Notes under the pieces: generated by a model
What the model was told of the DNA's origin: nothing
What the model saw: the letters and a program-made list of their open reading frames with translations, nothing else
Database searches by the model: none
Translations under genes and position numbers: made by a program
Shown: in pieces, positions 1 through 10,673 of the stretch
Numbering within the stretch: the stretch's first letter is position 1
How the letters are laid out: the number at the start of each line of letters is the position of its first letter
Assembly: GCA_964019425.1 (NCBI GenBank)
Contig: OZ025787.1
Span: forward strand, 62,001-126,000
Source of the DNA: Flectonema sp. DT1601
Lineage: Eukaryota
Direction: 5' to 3'
DNA: 64,000 bases

Positions 1-2543
1 CCTTTTGGGACATGAAATCGAATAGATTTCAAATAACTTTCGGACTCCTCAGAGATGCCGAACACTTTAGGTTGTGGAGGTCGGGGAGTGAAATGCCTTA
101 AAGGATATTCCCAATTAATTAAAGGATCTCTCTCAAGAGTGATATCAACATTACTAAAAGAATCTATTTCCTTGAGAGGTAGGACTCCAGCAGTTGTGAA
201 CAAACTTCTTATTGCTTGCTGTGCTATCTTTCCAGCAAGGATTCTGTCGGCTAGAAGTCGACGAAAGAATCTTTGAATAACAACACACGCAGTGTTTCTT
301 TTATTTTCTAACCTTTCCCTATCACGTTGCTGTTCTGCTTCTTGTTGGAGTAGACGCTCTTGTTCTTCTTTTGTTTCGATCCAATTAACGAGGACAGCTG
401 ATTGGTCAAACTTCTGTAGATTAGTTCCAGAAAGTTTAAGACACATACTCTCAACATGACGTCGTAGTAAATATTCTTCCTCATCGAGAGATGATTTGTC
501 TGAAGGAGCAGCAGATGAATGTCTTTCAGTTGATTGATAAGATGACTCAGTCACAAGTCCTGATACTTCTTCATCAATCTTTGAATCGTTTCTTTCAGTA
601 GTGCAGATAGAAGTCGCTCCCATACTCCCACCGTTGTGACTTGTTGCTGAAGTATTACTTCGAGTATATTGTTCACCAACAGACTGTTCACTACACAACA
701 AATCACTAACTGCAGACCTGTCCAGTGTTATTGAAAATGAACGTGAGTCCTGACGGTCTTCTTGAAGTGGAGCAGTGCCTGCGATTCCAATAGCTTCGAA
801 TGAGATGTCGAGTAGTGTTGTTTGCTGCTCTGCTACACCGAGAGTTGGAAGAACTGGTGTCACAGGTTGAGTTCGACGACCACCTGTTCGATCAGTGTTC
901 TGTAAAATATGTTCAAATGATGGAACTGTTCCAAAGAGTGATCGTTGAGAGCTTGCACTGCTACTCGCACACGCACTTGCCACTCGACTCGACATTGCGA
1001 ATGATGCCTGAGACCTTTTTGATGAACCGCTACTATTCTTACTTTGTCTCTGATCAACTGGTAGGCTGCTATCTGTTTTATCAGGTGAGGTGGAGTGCTC
1101 TATATCTTCACGAGGAGCCCAAAAACTTTCAATTCGTCGGATGTCGAGTTCTACATCGGCGACGGAACTTTCTTCGGAATCATGATCAGCAAGTGGGAGG
1201 TTGATAGTTTTGTGTTTATTTGAGTCATCAGATACTTCACTTTCTCTGTTGTTGTAAACTCGAATTGATTGAGTGCTTTGAAAGGGAGACTCCTCCGAGT
1301 GGTCTTTGTGTATGTTGAGAATCACTCCCGAGTTTTCATTTAGGTCTTCAGGTATTCCAAAAGGGTGTTCTAAAACAGATGAATTCGATGATGTTATTTT
1401 AGTTGGGAATTGTACTAACGATGGCTGCTCTCCTTCTGGAGGTACTTCCTGAATCTTCTTTTTAGTTTTCGGACTGCGACTTCTTTTCCCCCGAGCACCT
1501 TTTCGTTTTCGACGTTTTTTCCTCTTTAGTTGGTTGCTGGAAGCGAATGCAACGAATTCTGGAATTAGATGGACTGACGGCATCCTCTCAGATGATGTCA
1601 TCTTTTCAGTTGTTAATTCAAATTCATTTCTGTGAGTTTCCATGACAGGATCATTACTCTCTTCTAGGGGGAGAGTCATTTCACAGATTACGTCTCCAAT
1701 TTGTCTTTTTGCTACACCACATTGTTGAAGAACTCTATCGAGAGTCACTAATCTATTTAGTGTTAAAGTAACTGAACTCTTCCTTCGATGTCTTTCTCGG
1801 CGACTAAATGAATGAAGTGATGAACCAGACTCACGACTGTCATACTCACGTTCATCAGAGAGAGCTCGTTTTCCTTTTCGTCTTCTGCGTTTACTGCGAT
1901 TCCTTCTTCGCCTTTTTCCCGGTGACTTTGGTGACGTTTTTCTCTTTCTGTTTGGAGATGCTTTCTTAGACTTTGATCGACTTCTACTTCGTTTTTTCTT
2001 ATACTTCTTACGATTACCTGCTCTAAATCTCGTATAGTCTCTTCCTCTTTTACTTGTTGAATTTGAAGAGGAACCTTCACTTTCAACAGCATTCAACATC
2101 CCCTGCAGCTGAAGGTTTATTTGAATTCCATCAGAAGGCGTGTCCTGTAGTGAAAGACCAACAGGTCGATTTATTGATAGATGTGAATACATTTGAGTTG
2201 GAAGGACCTGACTGGGAGATGCTGTTTCTCGATCTTCATTCTCAACCTGAAATGCGGGTATAGCGAGGTAATTATTATTATTATTATTTATTCCCGTGTT
2301 GTAATTCCTCTGATAACGATTACCGTGACCATGACCTCGTTCATCATTAGAATTAGCGTCAGGTTCCCAACCATCTTTAGCAGCCACATCAATACGAGAA
2401 AACTCAAAGCGTGAGAGTAACTTAAACACTTCTTCTCTTAATTTAAGTCTGATTTTATTCTTTATAATATAACCTGGGAGTGTGTAAGCTTCGGCACTTG
2501 ATAGAAGCCGGTGGACGTTTCCTAACTTTTGTCTGTTTAGCAT
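1..2543 (-). CDS. Large low-complexity (Ser/Arg/Lys-rich) protein with an IQ calmodulin-binding motif; 3' end runs off the window
   Basis: ATG at 2543 (MLNRQKLGNV...). The frame is open at every point spot-checked down to base 3. It is absent from the ORF track because no stop lies in the window. IQ-like motif ACVVIQRFFRRLLADR at about 243-290. Confidence 0.65.
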   Translation of the reverse strand, partial: MLNRQKLGNVHRLLSSAEAYTLPGYIIKNKIRLKLREEVFKLLSRFEFSRIDVAAKDGWEPDANSNDERGHGHGNRYQRNYNTGINNNNNNYLAIPAFQVENEDRETASPSQVLPTQMYSHLSINRPVGLSLQDTPSDGIQINLQLQGMLNAVESEGSSSNSTSKRGRDYTRFRAGNRKKYKKKRSRSRSKSKKASPNRKRKTSPKSPGKRRRRNRSKRRRRKGKRALSDEREYDSRESGSSLHSFSRRERHRRKSSVTLTLNRLVTLDRVLQQCGVAKRQIGDVICEMTLPLEESNDPVMETHRNEFELTTEKMTSSERMPSVHLIPEFVAFASSNQLKRKKRRKRKGARGKRSRSPKTKKKIQEVPPEGEQPSLVQFPTKITSSNSSVLEHPFGIPEDLNENSGVILNIHKDHSEESPFQSTQSIRVYNNRESEVSDDSNKHKTINLPLADHDSEESSVADVELDIRRIESFWAPREDIEHSTSPDKTDSSLPVDQRQSKNSSGSSKRSQASFAMSSRVASACASSSASSQRSLFGTVPSFEHILQNTDRTGGRRTQPVTPVLPTLGVAEQQTTLLDISFEAIGIAGTAPLQEDRQDSRSFSITLDRSAVSDLLCSEQSVGEQYTRSNTSATSHNGGSMGATSICTTERNDSKIDEEVSGLVTESSYQSTERHSSAAPSDKSSLDEEEYLLRRHVESMCLKLSGTNLQKFDQSAVLVNWIETKEEQERLLQQEAEQQRDRERLENKRNTACVVIQRFFRRLLADRILAGKIAQQAIRSLFTTAGVLPLKEIDSFSNVDITLERDPLINWEYPLRHFTPRPPQPKVFGISEESESYLKSIRFHVPK

Positions 2544-2962
2544 TCCTTCAACCGTTTTATTAATTTCTCTCACGTAAGTTATCGTCTTCTCACTGCATTC
2601 TACATTTTGACAATTGTTTTTGAGTTCTTCTATTTCATGTAGCAGGTGGGCCCTCAGTTCTGTTCTCATTTTAGTTTCATATTTGTGTCAACTTTGAAAG
2701 GAAAGACTAGTTAAAATATAAAAAATAAAGAATTATTGTAATGGCAAAAGGCAAAGTTTGCTTCTTCGATCTTTTATAAAAGAGACATGAAAATCACAAA
2801 AGATTCTATACCACCGAGTGGGTTATGGTTTTCCCCCTTACTGTGGCTTTTATTTTCTAATTTAAGTATCAACAAGAGTACTACCGATCGGATAGAAAAA
2901 TTAATAACTTTACGTCTTGTGGATATCGGAGGAGGAACTACTTTTTGAATACTAACAAACAC

Positions 2963-4028
2963 TCAAAGAAAGTAGTCAGGTGTTCTCGTAACAATATCAT
3001 GACCGTCTCCTCTGATAGGCGCTGGGTCAAATTGAAAGAATGTTTTATTCATATGTTCATCCACTTCCATCAGTGCAGCCTGTTGTTTAATTGATAATCT
3101 TATTCAGAAACCTTCCAATAGTAAAATATAACATACCTGATTACCACAACGGTAGCAGTAGTTCGGAGCACTGAAGATTGTGACAACCTGCTGCTCGTGG
3201 CACCAGTTGTATCCCTGTTTTTGGTAATTATTTGTATTTCTAAAGAAAAGAAAAAAATGCTAAACAACAAAACAATGAAAAAACAAATACCTCCATCACA
3301 AGCTGGTGAGCTCTAGCCACCAGGGTTAGATTATTATTTCTATTGAATTGTGAAGTGATATCAGCTCCGAACGTGAACCCAGCACCGCGAGGGGATACGC
3401 CCCAACCTGGTTTTTCATCTTCGTGGGGATCAGACCAAAGGAGATCACACATTGGGCCCTCATGAGGAGTCTCTTGAACTCTTTCTAATTGTCTAATGTG
3501 ATCGAGTGTATCTAAAGAAGGAGAGAGTCCTCCATGAAGACAGAAGATTGATGATTGAACAACAGCTGTCAGTGGCATAAAATCAAATAATTGAGTGAAC
3601 GCGTTCCAAACGTTAACTGTTCCATACTTCCTCATACACTCATCATAGAATCCATAGACTTGAGTAATCTGACGAGATTCATGATTACCTCTCAAGATAG
3701 CAATTCTATCCTTGTACCTGACCTTCAGTAGCAGAAGTAGTGTTAAAGCTTCAACACTATGATATCCTCTGTCTACATAGTCTCCCATGAATAGGTAGTT
3801 TGTGTCTGGTGGTTTCCCTCCAATTTTAAATAATTCGATAAGGTCATGAAACTGTCCGTGAACATCTCCACAAACAGTCACAGGTGCATTCACAACATGA
3901 ACGTTACTTTCTAAACTAAAAATATCCCTAGCTCTATCACACAATGAGATTACCTGATGTTCTGATATTGGTTTGCAATCAGAATAGAGCTGCGATATTA
4001 AATGTTCGACGTCGAATTCTTCATCCAT
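2963..4028 (-). CDS. PP2A-C: Ser/Thr protein phosphatase 2A catalytic subunit, 310 aa; exons 4028-3291, 3214-3137, 3079-2963
   Basis: PPP motifs GDVHG, GDYVDRG and RGNHE. Removing two GT-AG introns restores GYNWCH...[15 protein letters not shown] and the PP2A-type C-terminus TPDYFL*. Confidence 0.95.
3080..3136 (-). other. Spliceosomal intron, 57 nt (PP2A intron 2)
   Basis: GTATGT...AAACAACAG; removal restores CGNQ|AALMEV. Confidence 0.92.
3215..3290 (-). other. Spliceosomal intron, 76 nt (PP2A intron 1)
   Basis: GTATTT...CCAAAAACAG; removal restores the conserved QLVME|GYNW. Confidence 0.92.
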
Positions 4029-4865
4029 TATGATAAGAACCTTTTTATAAAATTGTAAAGTTATATTTCCTTATTAAGTAACGTTACAGTCTGTGAAGTC
4101 TGTGAGGTAGGATTGTTAATAGCCTGCGAGAATGAAATAAATAAACAAATCCATCGCTGGAAATCAATCACCACACAAGTGGAACGGAATAAGATTTGAT
4201 GGAAAAAAGTAAAAATAAGAAAAGCGAATTGATGATGAGAAGACATTTCTTGCGAGAGGGAAACAACAAACGTATATATTCTTTGAAAGAAAAACTAACT
4301 GGCGCACTACTCCGTGCGATAATCGCTAAAAACTCGTCTCAGGCATGTTAACGAAATGACCAAATCATTAAATACAGACGAGAGACATATAAACTTATAT
4401 AATTTCTTTTCTTTTTTATTTTTTCCAAAGCACCATTTTCTTCTTCTTCTTCTTTTTTTTTTTGACTTGCTTCTGCCGCGCTGCCTTTACGCGTATGAGC
4501 ATCTTTAGAATTTAGTTTTATTTTTCGTTTTTTCCCTACGAGCCACAAGCTGCGGGTTAAATTGACAAGTTGGAAAAGTACGTGAAAAAAAAAACGGATG
4601 GCGCAGTGTTTATTTATACACTGAAGAAGGAATAGATCTCACTCACTTCGTACATTCATTATGTAAGATAGAGAAAGTCATTATCAGTGTTTCAATTACA
4701 TAAAAGTATTACCAGCCAGCTGTTTGAGGCAAGTTCAGCCGACAACATCTGCTGTTGTTGTTACTAATAAGAGACATTGATGAGGTCTTTTTATAGTAAA
4801 ATAAAATCGAAAATGAACAGGACCTATAACACAAAAAAGCAAAAGAGAATTATGTAAATAAATTA

Positions 4866-5665
4866 TTATTTAGGAGGGGCGACGGCGCGGGCGACACCGT
4901 TAGACCAGTGGGCAGTTAGAAGCAGACGAAAGGCAACGCTTTTAATTTCCCAAAGCTTCATCAACTGGGTTGCCTGAGGAGTAAGTGCCTCTCCTTCCAT
5001 ACAGACTTTAGTATCAGCGAGTACGACAAGAGTTCCGTGGTCAAGTTTTACTTGAAGACCAAGCTTTGACAACTGGTCCATCATTTCGTGTCCAAATTGG
5101 TGAAGTGGACCCTTTGGAATGGTCCAATCCAATGTCGCTGGGCATCCAGCTCTAGCAAAATCACTTACCTCAAATGCCGCAAAATATTCTTTTATCTCCT
5201 TCTTCGGTCTGTTTGTAAATAAAAGCCCACATGAACCATTGAGTCTACGCGCCAACTTCCACAAGTTGTCCTTATGAGATTCCTCCTTTGCTCTTCCCAA
5301 CGAGACAGCCATAACTTTGTTGTTTCCCATAAATATTCTGCTGTCATTGAGATCTTTTCTCACCTGTTTTATTTACTAATTGGTTTCACTTGTTACAAGT
5401 AGTGAAGTGACTCCAATATAATAAATTAATTCATACCTGAGTAATATGAGTGGTTCTAAGGTTCTCATAATCAAAGGTGTAACAGTGATCGAATTCATCA
5501 GCAGCCTGTAGTGTTTTAATTGTTTTGAACACTCTTGACAAAAACAACAACAAATAGAAATTAACAAACCTCTCTAATATTCTCAACAAGGTTCTCCTTG
5601 TGCTCCATTCCCTTTGGCTTGGTCTTTGTGAAGGTTGGCGCCTTTGTTCTTTTACTCTTCGGCAT
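4866..5665 (-). CDS. MRT4: Ribosome assembly factor / mRNA turnover protein 4 (uL10/P0-like), 220 aa; exons 5665-5570, 5505-5437, 5363-4866
   Basis: N-terminus MPKSKRTK...TKTK, then SRIFMGNNKVMAVSLGR, GLLFTN, DFARAG and VCMEGEALTPQATQLMKL, typical of Mrt4. Two phase-0 GT-AG introns join the exons in frame. Confidence 0.92.
5364..5436 (-). other. Spliceosomal intron, 73 nt (MRT4 intron 2)
   Basis: GTATGA...AAATAAAACAG; in-frame join HITQ|VRKD. Confidence 0.88.
5506..5569 (-). other. Spliceosomal intron, 64 nt (MRT4 intron 1)
   Basis: GTTTGT...AAAACACTACAG; in-frame join NIRE|AADEF. Confidence 0.85.
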
Positions 5666-5922
5666 TTTGCTTTGATAAGTGTATACTACTGTGTGAGGAG
5701 AGGATAACAATAAGATTTAGTGATTACAATGAGATGATGATCAGAGTGTGTTTGTCTTAGCGGTCATATTTTAATTGTTATTTCTGAAATACTAAAAACA
5801 TAACTCATCAACATAAGAGAAGACAAATATCAAAATAAAGTGTAAATAGCATTCACCCACATGATGGTGACGGGGGAGTGGATAACAAAACAGAACAAAA
5901 CCAAAACCCAGCTGCTGTCATT

Positions 5923-8373
5923 CTATAGATCTCTCCAGTAGTTTTCCTTGAGAATAGTTTCTTGAGAAGAGCTATTGTCTGACGGAGATCTGTATCCAGG
6001 ATATACGCCAACTAGTGTGCAGGTCACAAAATGAGTTCCAATTGGTCTCAATTGAAATCCTGCATCACACAAACACGTCGTTGTTGTCTCCGAATCCTCG
6101 AGTGCTAGACAGGTTCCACTGTTGCCACAAACAGACAGAACTGGAGTACCACCCAAAGGTGATGACCAATCTCTTATAATTGATCCATAGCATTGTGTTC
6201 CAGAAGGAACTGTACAAGCAGGATTGTTACTATGCTGACCACAATAAGTTGTTGGGTTCTCTCGATTTACTTGCGGCCAGGTTGATATATCTGAAAAGGT
6301 AGTGTAGTTTTGAGGACATCCGTGAATTCTAATTTCAGACAAAGCAATCTGACGAAGATCACCAGGGTATTCAATCTTTATAGAACGTACGTTATCAGCG
6401 GCACATCTATCTCTGTAGAAACGATTAGTCGACACGTCAATCATATTCGGATCAGTGCGATTTCCGCAAAGCGACCAACCAGTTTTTCCATCCAAGAAAG
6501 GTGAAGTATAAATATTATAACCTGATTCAATGGTTGATGCCCATCTCGATTTTACGAGCATCGGATACAACGATATCGAAGTAATAGTCGCTCTCTCACG
6601 TAGTTGCATTACAATAAAAGGATTGCTTTCGTTAGCTGTTAGGCAGGCTTGTTCACATAAAGCTGCTTCTTTGACACCATCAAAACAGTTTTCGATAACA
6701 CCACACGTTGCAGAGAATGGGAGTGAAATGTAAGTCGAAGAAAGACGATAATCCCATGCAAAAAGTTCTTTCCAATCAGTGCATTGTTGATCTTCTGTTA
6801 TCAGTTTGTAATAATTATAACCGTCTTCTCTGTACCCTTCAGAACAGTCTGAGAACGTGTGTTCCCAATAACATAGTCGTTGAGTACTAACCCAAATATC
6901 TGAGTAGAATCCGTAAATAAAATACAAACAGCCATCCATCAGTGCGCACATCTCTGCACATCGTTCTTCGCTCTCTGCGATTCCTAAAAAGCTGTGATCG
7001 CTTTTACAAGAGTAACCAACTTTAACTACCTCGTAATCATAAATCTGAGGAAGAGGTCGAGTAATTGAAGCAGTTCTAGTTGGTAGAGTCATTGAAATAG
7101 TCTCACTATCAGTAGGTAATGAGAGTGACGCTGTGGAACTTAGTGTGAGTGTCTCAGAATTAGAAAGAGAATAAGTTAAAGTGTGACTGAAAGTTTCCGT
7201 TGCAGTTGGAAGAGACATCGAATATGTGATCGATAAAGAGCTAGAGAATGATAGTGATTGTGATTCTGATAATGATTGACTTTCACTTTCAGATAAAGAT
7301 ATTGATTTTGTTAAACTGTTGCTGAATGATAAACTTTCACTAACACTACTCGTTAGACTTTCTGAAATAGAATCTGAATCAGAGTAACTCATCGACATCG
7401 ATCTCGAGAAACTCTCACTCCTCGACAGACTCTCACTATCACTGAGTGAGTCACTTAATGAGGGTGAGAAACTTTCACTTTGTGTCAGACTCCAACTTTC
7501 ACTTTCAGATTGAGACAACGACTTCGAATAACTGATCGATTCCGAAAGAGAAGAAGTACCAGTCAGTGAATCAGTATATGTGAGAGAATCTGAAAAGGTT
7601 AGACTCGCAGTGTCAGTCGGTAATGATATTGAGACAGATACTGAAATACTATTACTTTCTGAGTAAGTTAAACTATTAGAGAATGTCACAGAGGCAGTCG
7701 GAAGAGATAAACTGCCACTAACACTCAAAGTAAACGTTTCTGATAAAGATGAACTCATCGTTATGGAATTGGTTTCCGTTGGGAAAGATAGCGACACAGT
7801 TTCACTTTCTGTGAGAGATATCGTCGTACTTGGGGACAGCGAATCCGTCAACGATAATGAAGTCGTAAACGACTTCGAAACCGTAGCAGATAAAGAAACT
7901 GAATCTGTGTATGTTAAGGAATCACTAAACGAAAGAGAAGGGCTGATTGAGAGAGACTCAGATAGTGTACTCGAAATAGAAAGTGAAATAGTTAAACTTT
8001 TCGTATGAGAATACGACTCCGACATAGAATCCGATTCGGAAGCCGATAAACTTCCTGACAGGGATTCAGACTCACTGATAGATAATGTGATTGAGTGAAG
8101 TGAATGAGAAAGAGAAAGTGAATCAGAGAAACTCAATGAATCTGTCTGTGTTTCTGTTGGCAGCGATAAAGAAATAGTTGTTGACCAGCTCATTGAGAAC
8201 GAATCCGAAATAGACTTCGACTCACTCCATGTTGGTGACGGCAAAGATATTGACATCGTTATCGACTCTGAGAATGTTGCCGTCAATGTGTTGACAGCAT
8301 CAGTAATTCCGATACTGATCACTACTACTAATAGGAAGATGCGGCCACTCCTTTTGTAATTATCATTTAACAT
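5923..8373 (-). CDS. Secreted or surface Ser/Thr-rich protein with a Cys-rich C-terminal region (PAN/apple-like, discoidin/galactose-binding-like, EGF-like)
   Basis: 816-aa ORF with a signal-like N-terminus (IFLLVVVISIGITDA). About 410 aa of alternating S-x-S-x with recurring SLPT, then CAEMCALMDGCLYF (apple-like), IALSEIRIHG (F5/8-like end) and CLCDAGF (EGF-like). Confidence 0.8.
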   Translation of the reverse strand: MLNDNYKRSGRIFLLVVVISIGITDAVNTLTATFSESITMSISLPSPTWSESKSISDSFSMSWSTTISLSLPTETQTDSLSFSDSLSLSHSLHSITLSISESESLSGSLSASESDSMSESYSHTKSLTISLSISSTLSESLSISPSLSFSDSLTYTDSVSLSATVSKSFTTSLSLTDSLSPSTTISLTESETVSLSFPTETNSITMSSSLSETFTLSVSGSLSLPTASVTFSNSLTYSESNSISVSVSISLPTDTASLTFSDSLTYTDSLTGTSSLSESISYSKSLSQSESESWSLTQSESFSPSLSDSLSDSESLSRSESFSRSMSMSYSDSDSISESLTSSVSESLSFSNSLTKSISLSESESQSLSESQSLSFSSSLSITYSMSLPTATETFSHTLTYSLSNSETLTLSSTASLSLPTDSETISMTLPTRTASITRPLPQIYDYEVVKVGYSCKSDHSFLGIAESEERCAEMCALMDGCLYFIYGFYSDIWVSTQRLCYWEHTFSDCSEGYREDGYNYYKLITEDQQCTDWKELFAWDYRLSSTYISLPFSATCGVIENCFDGVKEAALCEQACLTANESNPFIVMQLRERATITSISLYPMLVKSRWASTIESGYNIYTSPFLDGKTGWSLCGNRTDPNMIDVSTNRFYRDRCAADNVRSIKIEYPGDLRQIALSEIRIHGCPQNYTTFSDISTWPQVNRENPTTYCGQHSNNPACTVPSGTQCYGSIIRDWSSPLGGTPVLSVCGNSGTCLALEDSETTTTCLCDAGFQLRPIGTHFVTCTLVGVYPGYRSPSDNSSSQETILKENYWRDL

Positions 8374-10673
8374 TATTATGCAAAGTGTACTGTAGAAACA
8401 ATAAATATAAATTCCTCACCATGCAGATAAGAATCGACAGTACGAAACAGATGCGGCGGAATGCTCGTAATATAAAAACTAAAATCTCCACCTGTTCTCC
8501 AAACACAACGCAAAGCAAACATATTAAATAGTAGGTAATGTTTTCTTTTTTAATTATCACTGCAGCTTTTTAATTTTCCCCTTCTTTTTTTTGTTTTTTA
8601 AAAAACAAAAGACAACCGCTTTCAACAGCTTTCGTAAAACACAACCGCCGACAAAGACTTACAAAAACTAAAATACAAACTTAATCTTTGATCACATTAT
8701 AAGAACGTAAGCATTTTAATTTTCTATGGAAATGAAGAGCGATCGCTGCTGACTTTCCTACTAAGGAAATCAAACGATGATGTTTCAATCCAGGGGTCCG
8801 CAGTATGCAACATAAGAATACGAAAAAACGAGGCAAGAATAACAAAAACAGGTGACAAGACACGCACAAGCCGGGGGAAAGAAAAAAAGAAAACAATAAG
8901 GTGTAGAAATTCATCTGAGAAGTGCAAGGCTGGTCAGCCAATTGATGTGCTAACTTCATTTTTAACACTCGCTTATACAACAATGAAAGAATATTTAAAA
9001 ATATCGTTAAGGGCGGGGAGTGGCATCACAATCATTCGCAAAAGATGAAAACAAAACTAAACAAAAGGACCAATACTTTAATAAGTGACTCACGAAATCT
9101 TCGTTTGTATTTTCTGAAAGAAAGCTTGTTGGAGTGAAAAGAGACTAAAAAAGGGGAGCAACTTGACACCGAAGTGCTGCCTTTTCAACTTTTCTGAGGT
9201 CTTACACTGAAAGAAATACGAAAAGGAAAGGTCTTATATCAGCGGTAGCATTGTACACGGTTGCAAAATGAAATACCACTGGAGGCCACGTGAACATAGT
9301 TAAACACTTCTTGACTATGTTATTGTAATAACTCATAAGTGACTGATACATAATAAATTAAAACTTTTCTGAAAAGTAACCAATCTGGTTTACCCTCAGG
9401 GTAAGGGAGGGGCTGCTCTATGAATAGTCACACGGTTGGGTAGTAGGCAATGTTAATATGAAAACTTCAGAAAAGGTTTCCGAAGCGGGCAAGCATCGGT
9501 AAATAATGCGCATTTACTTCACTAAACAACGCGTAGAAGAACGTTGTTAACCCGCATTTGGTCAACAGCAAGAAAATCGAAGAAGCCGTCATAAATATAA
9601 AACAAAGCGCCTATCTTGTATTGGTCTAGAAATAACACCCTTTAGAAATAAATACACGGGGTGGACAATAGAAACGAATGTTTTCTAATATTCACTCCCA
9701 GGATGTAAAGAATGGGTTTCCTATCGACCTCACAATAGAAAAAAAAGAAGAGAGAAATGATTTAACTGCTACCGAAAATTGCCACGCCGAAGGCGATTTG
9801 CTTTCTATTGGAAAAGAACACAACTGAGATTGGATAAAAAACTAAAGTTAGAAAAGGAAACTTTTTATTAGTGCTAACACTACCACTATAATTCGGAAAT
9901 GTTGCGGGGGGTGAGTAGTCTCCATCTCCCACCGCAATGTAGAACTAAATACATCTTTTAGTGTTTTCAACAAACGGGAACATACTCAACGATATTAGTC
10001 CTTCAGATATCAGACCATCGAAGAACTGTAATAAAAACACTTTCATGGGTCTGTCAGTAGCAATGAAGGGGAACAAAAGAAGCTGTAACACCTGAACGAA
10101 ATAGGCGTTGCTAGGAACTCTTACAGACGTTAAAATAATTAGAACTATACCGACATTCGAGAAACGGGAGGGAAAGAGATTTCGTTTCTTCTCAACAGAG
10201 CCACCTCAAAAGGTTGAGTTTGTCCACAATGGGACTGAACATGAAACAGTTTGTTATCGACCAACAGAATAATAGTTGCCTCTTATGATGATAATTATTA
10301 TTATTATTTCATTTTCTTTTTTTTAAATAAATAGTTTGTGTAAATCTGCCGTCATGCTCAGAAAGGAAAAAAAAAGAAAAATGGAACAAAGAGTTCCAAC
10401 AAAAGAATTATTTTCCACAGCGAAGAATATACACAATTCGCTTGCTCAGTCTATCAATGAGTTTTTGTTACACATTGGCGCAAAAAAAAAAATTTTTTTT
10501 TTTTGAATTAGCTCCAACTCATGCTGCTATCGTTTTTTTTTTTTTTTTTTTTAATAAGAAGAAACGAAACTATCACAAAATAGATTCTCGAAGCCAAAAG
10601 GGGAAAAAGAAAGGGGGAACCAATTACGCACACAGTTAACACATAAAGTCACTCACAGCGCAGGGAACGCTTA

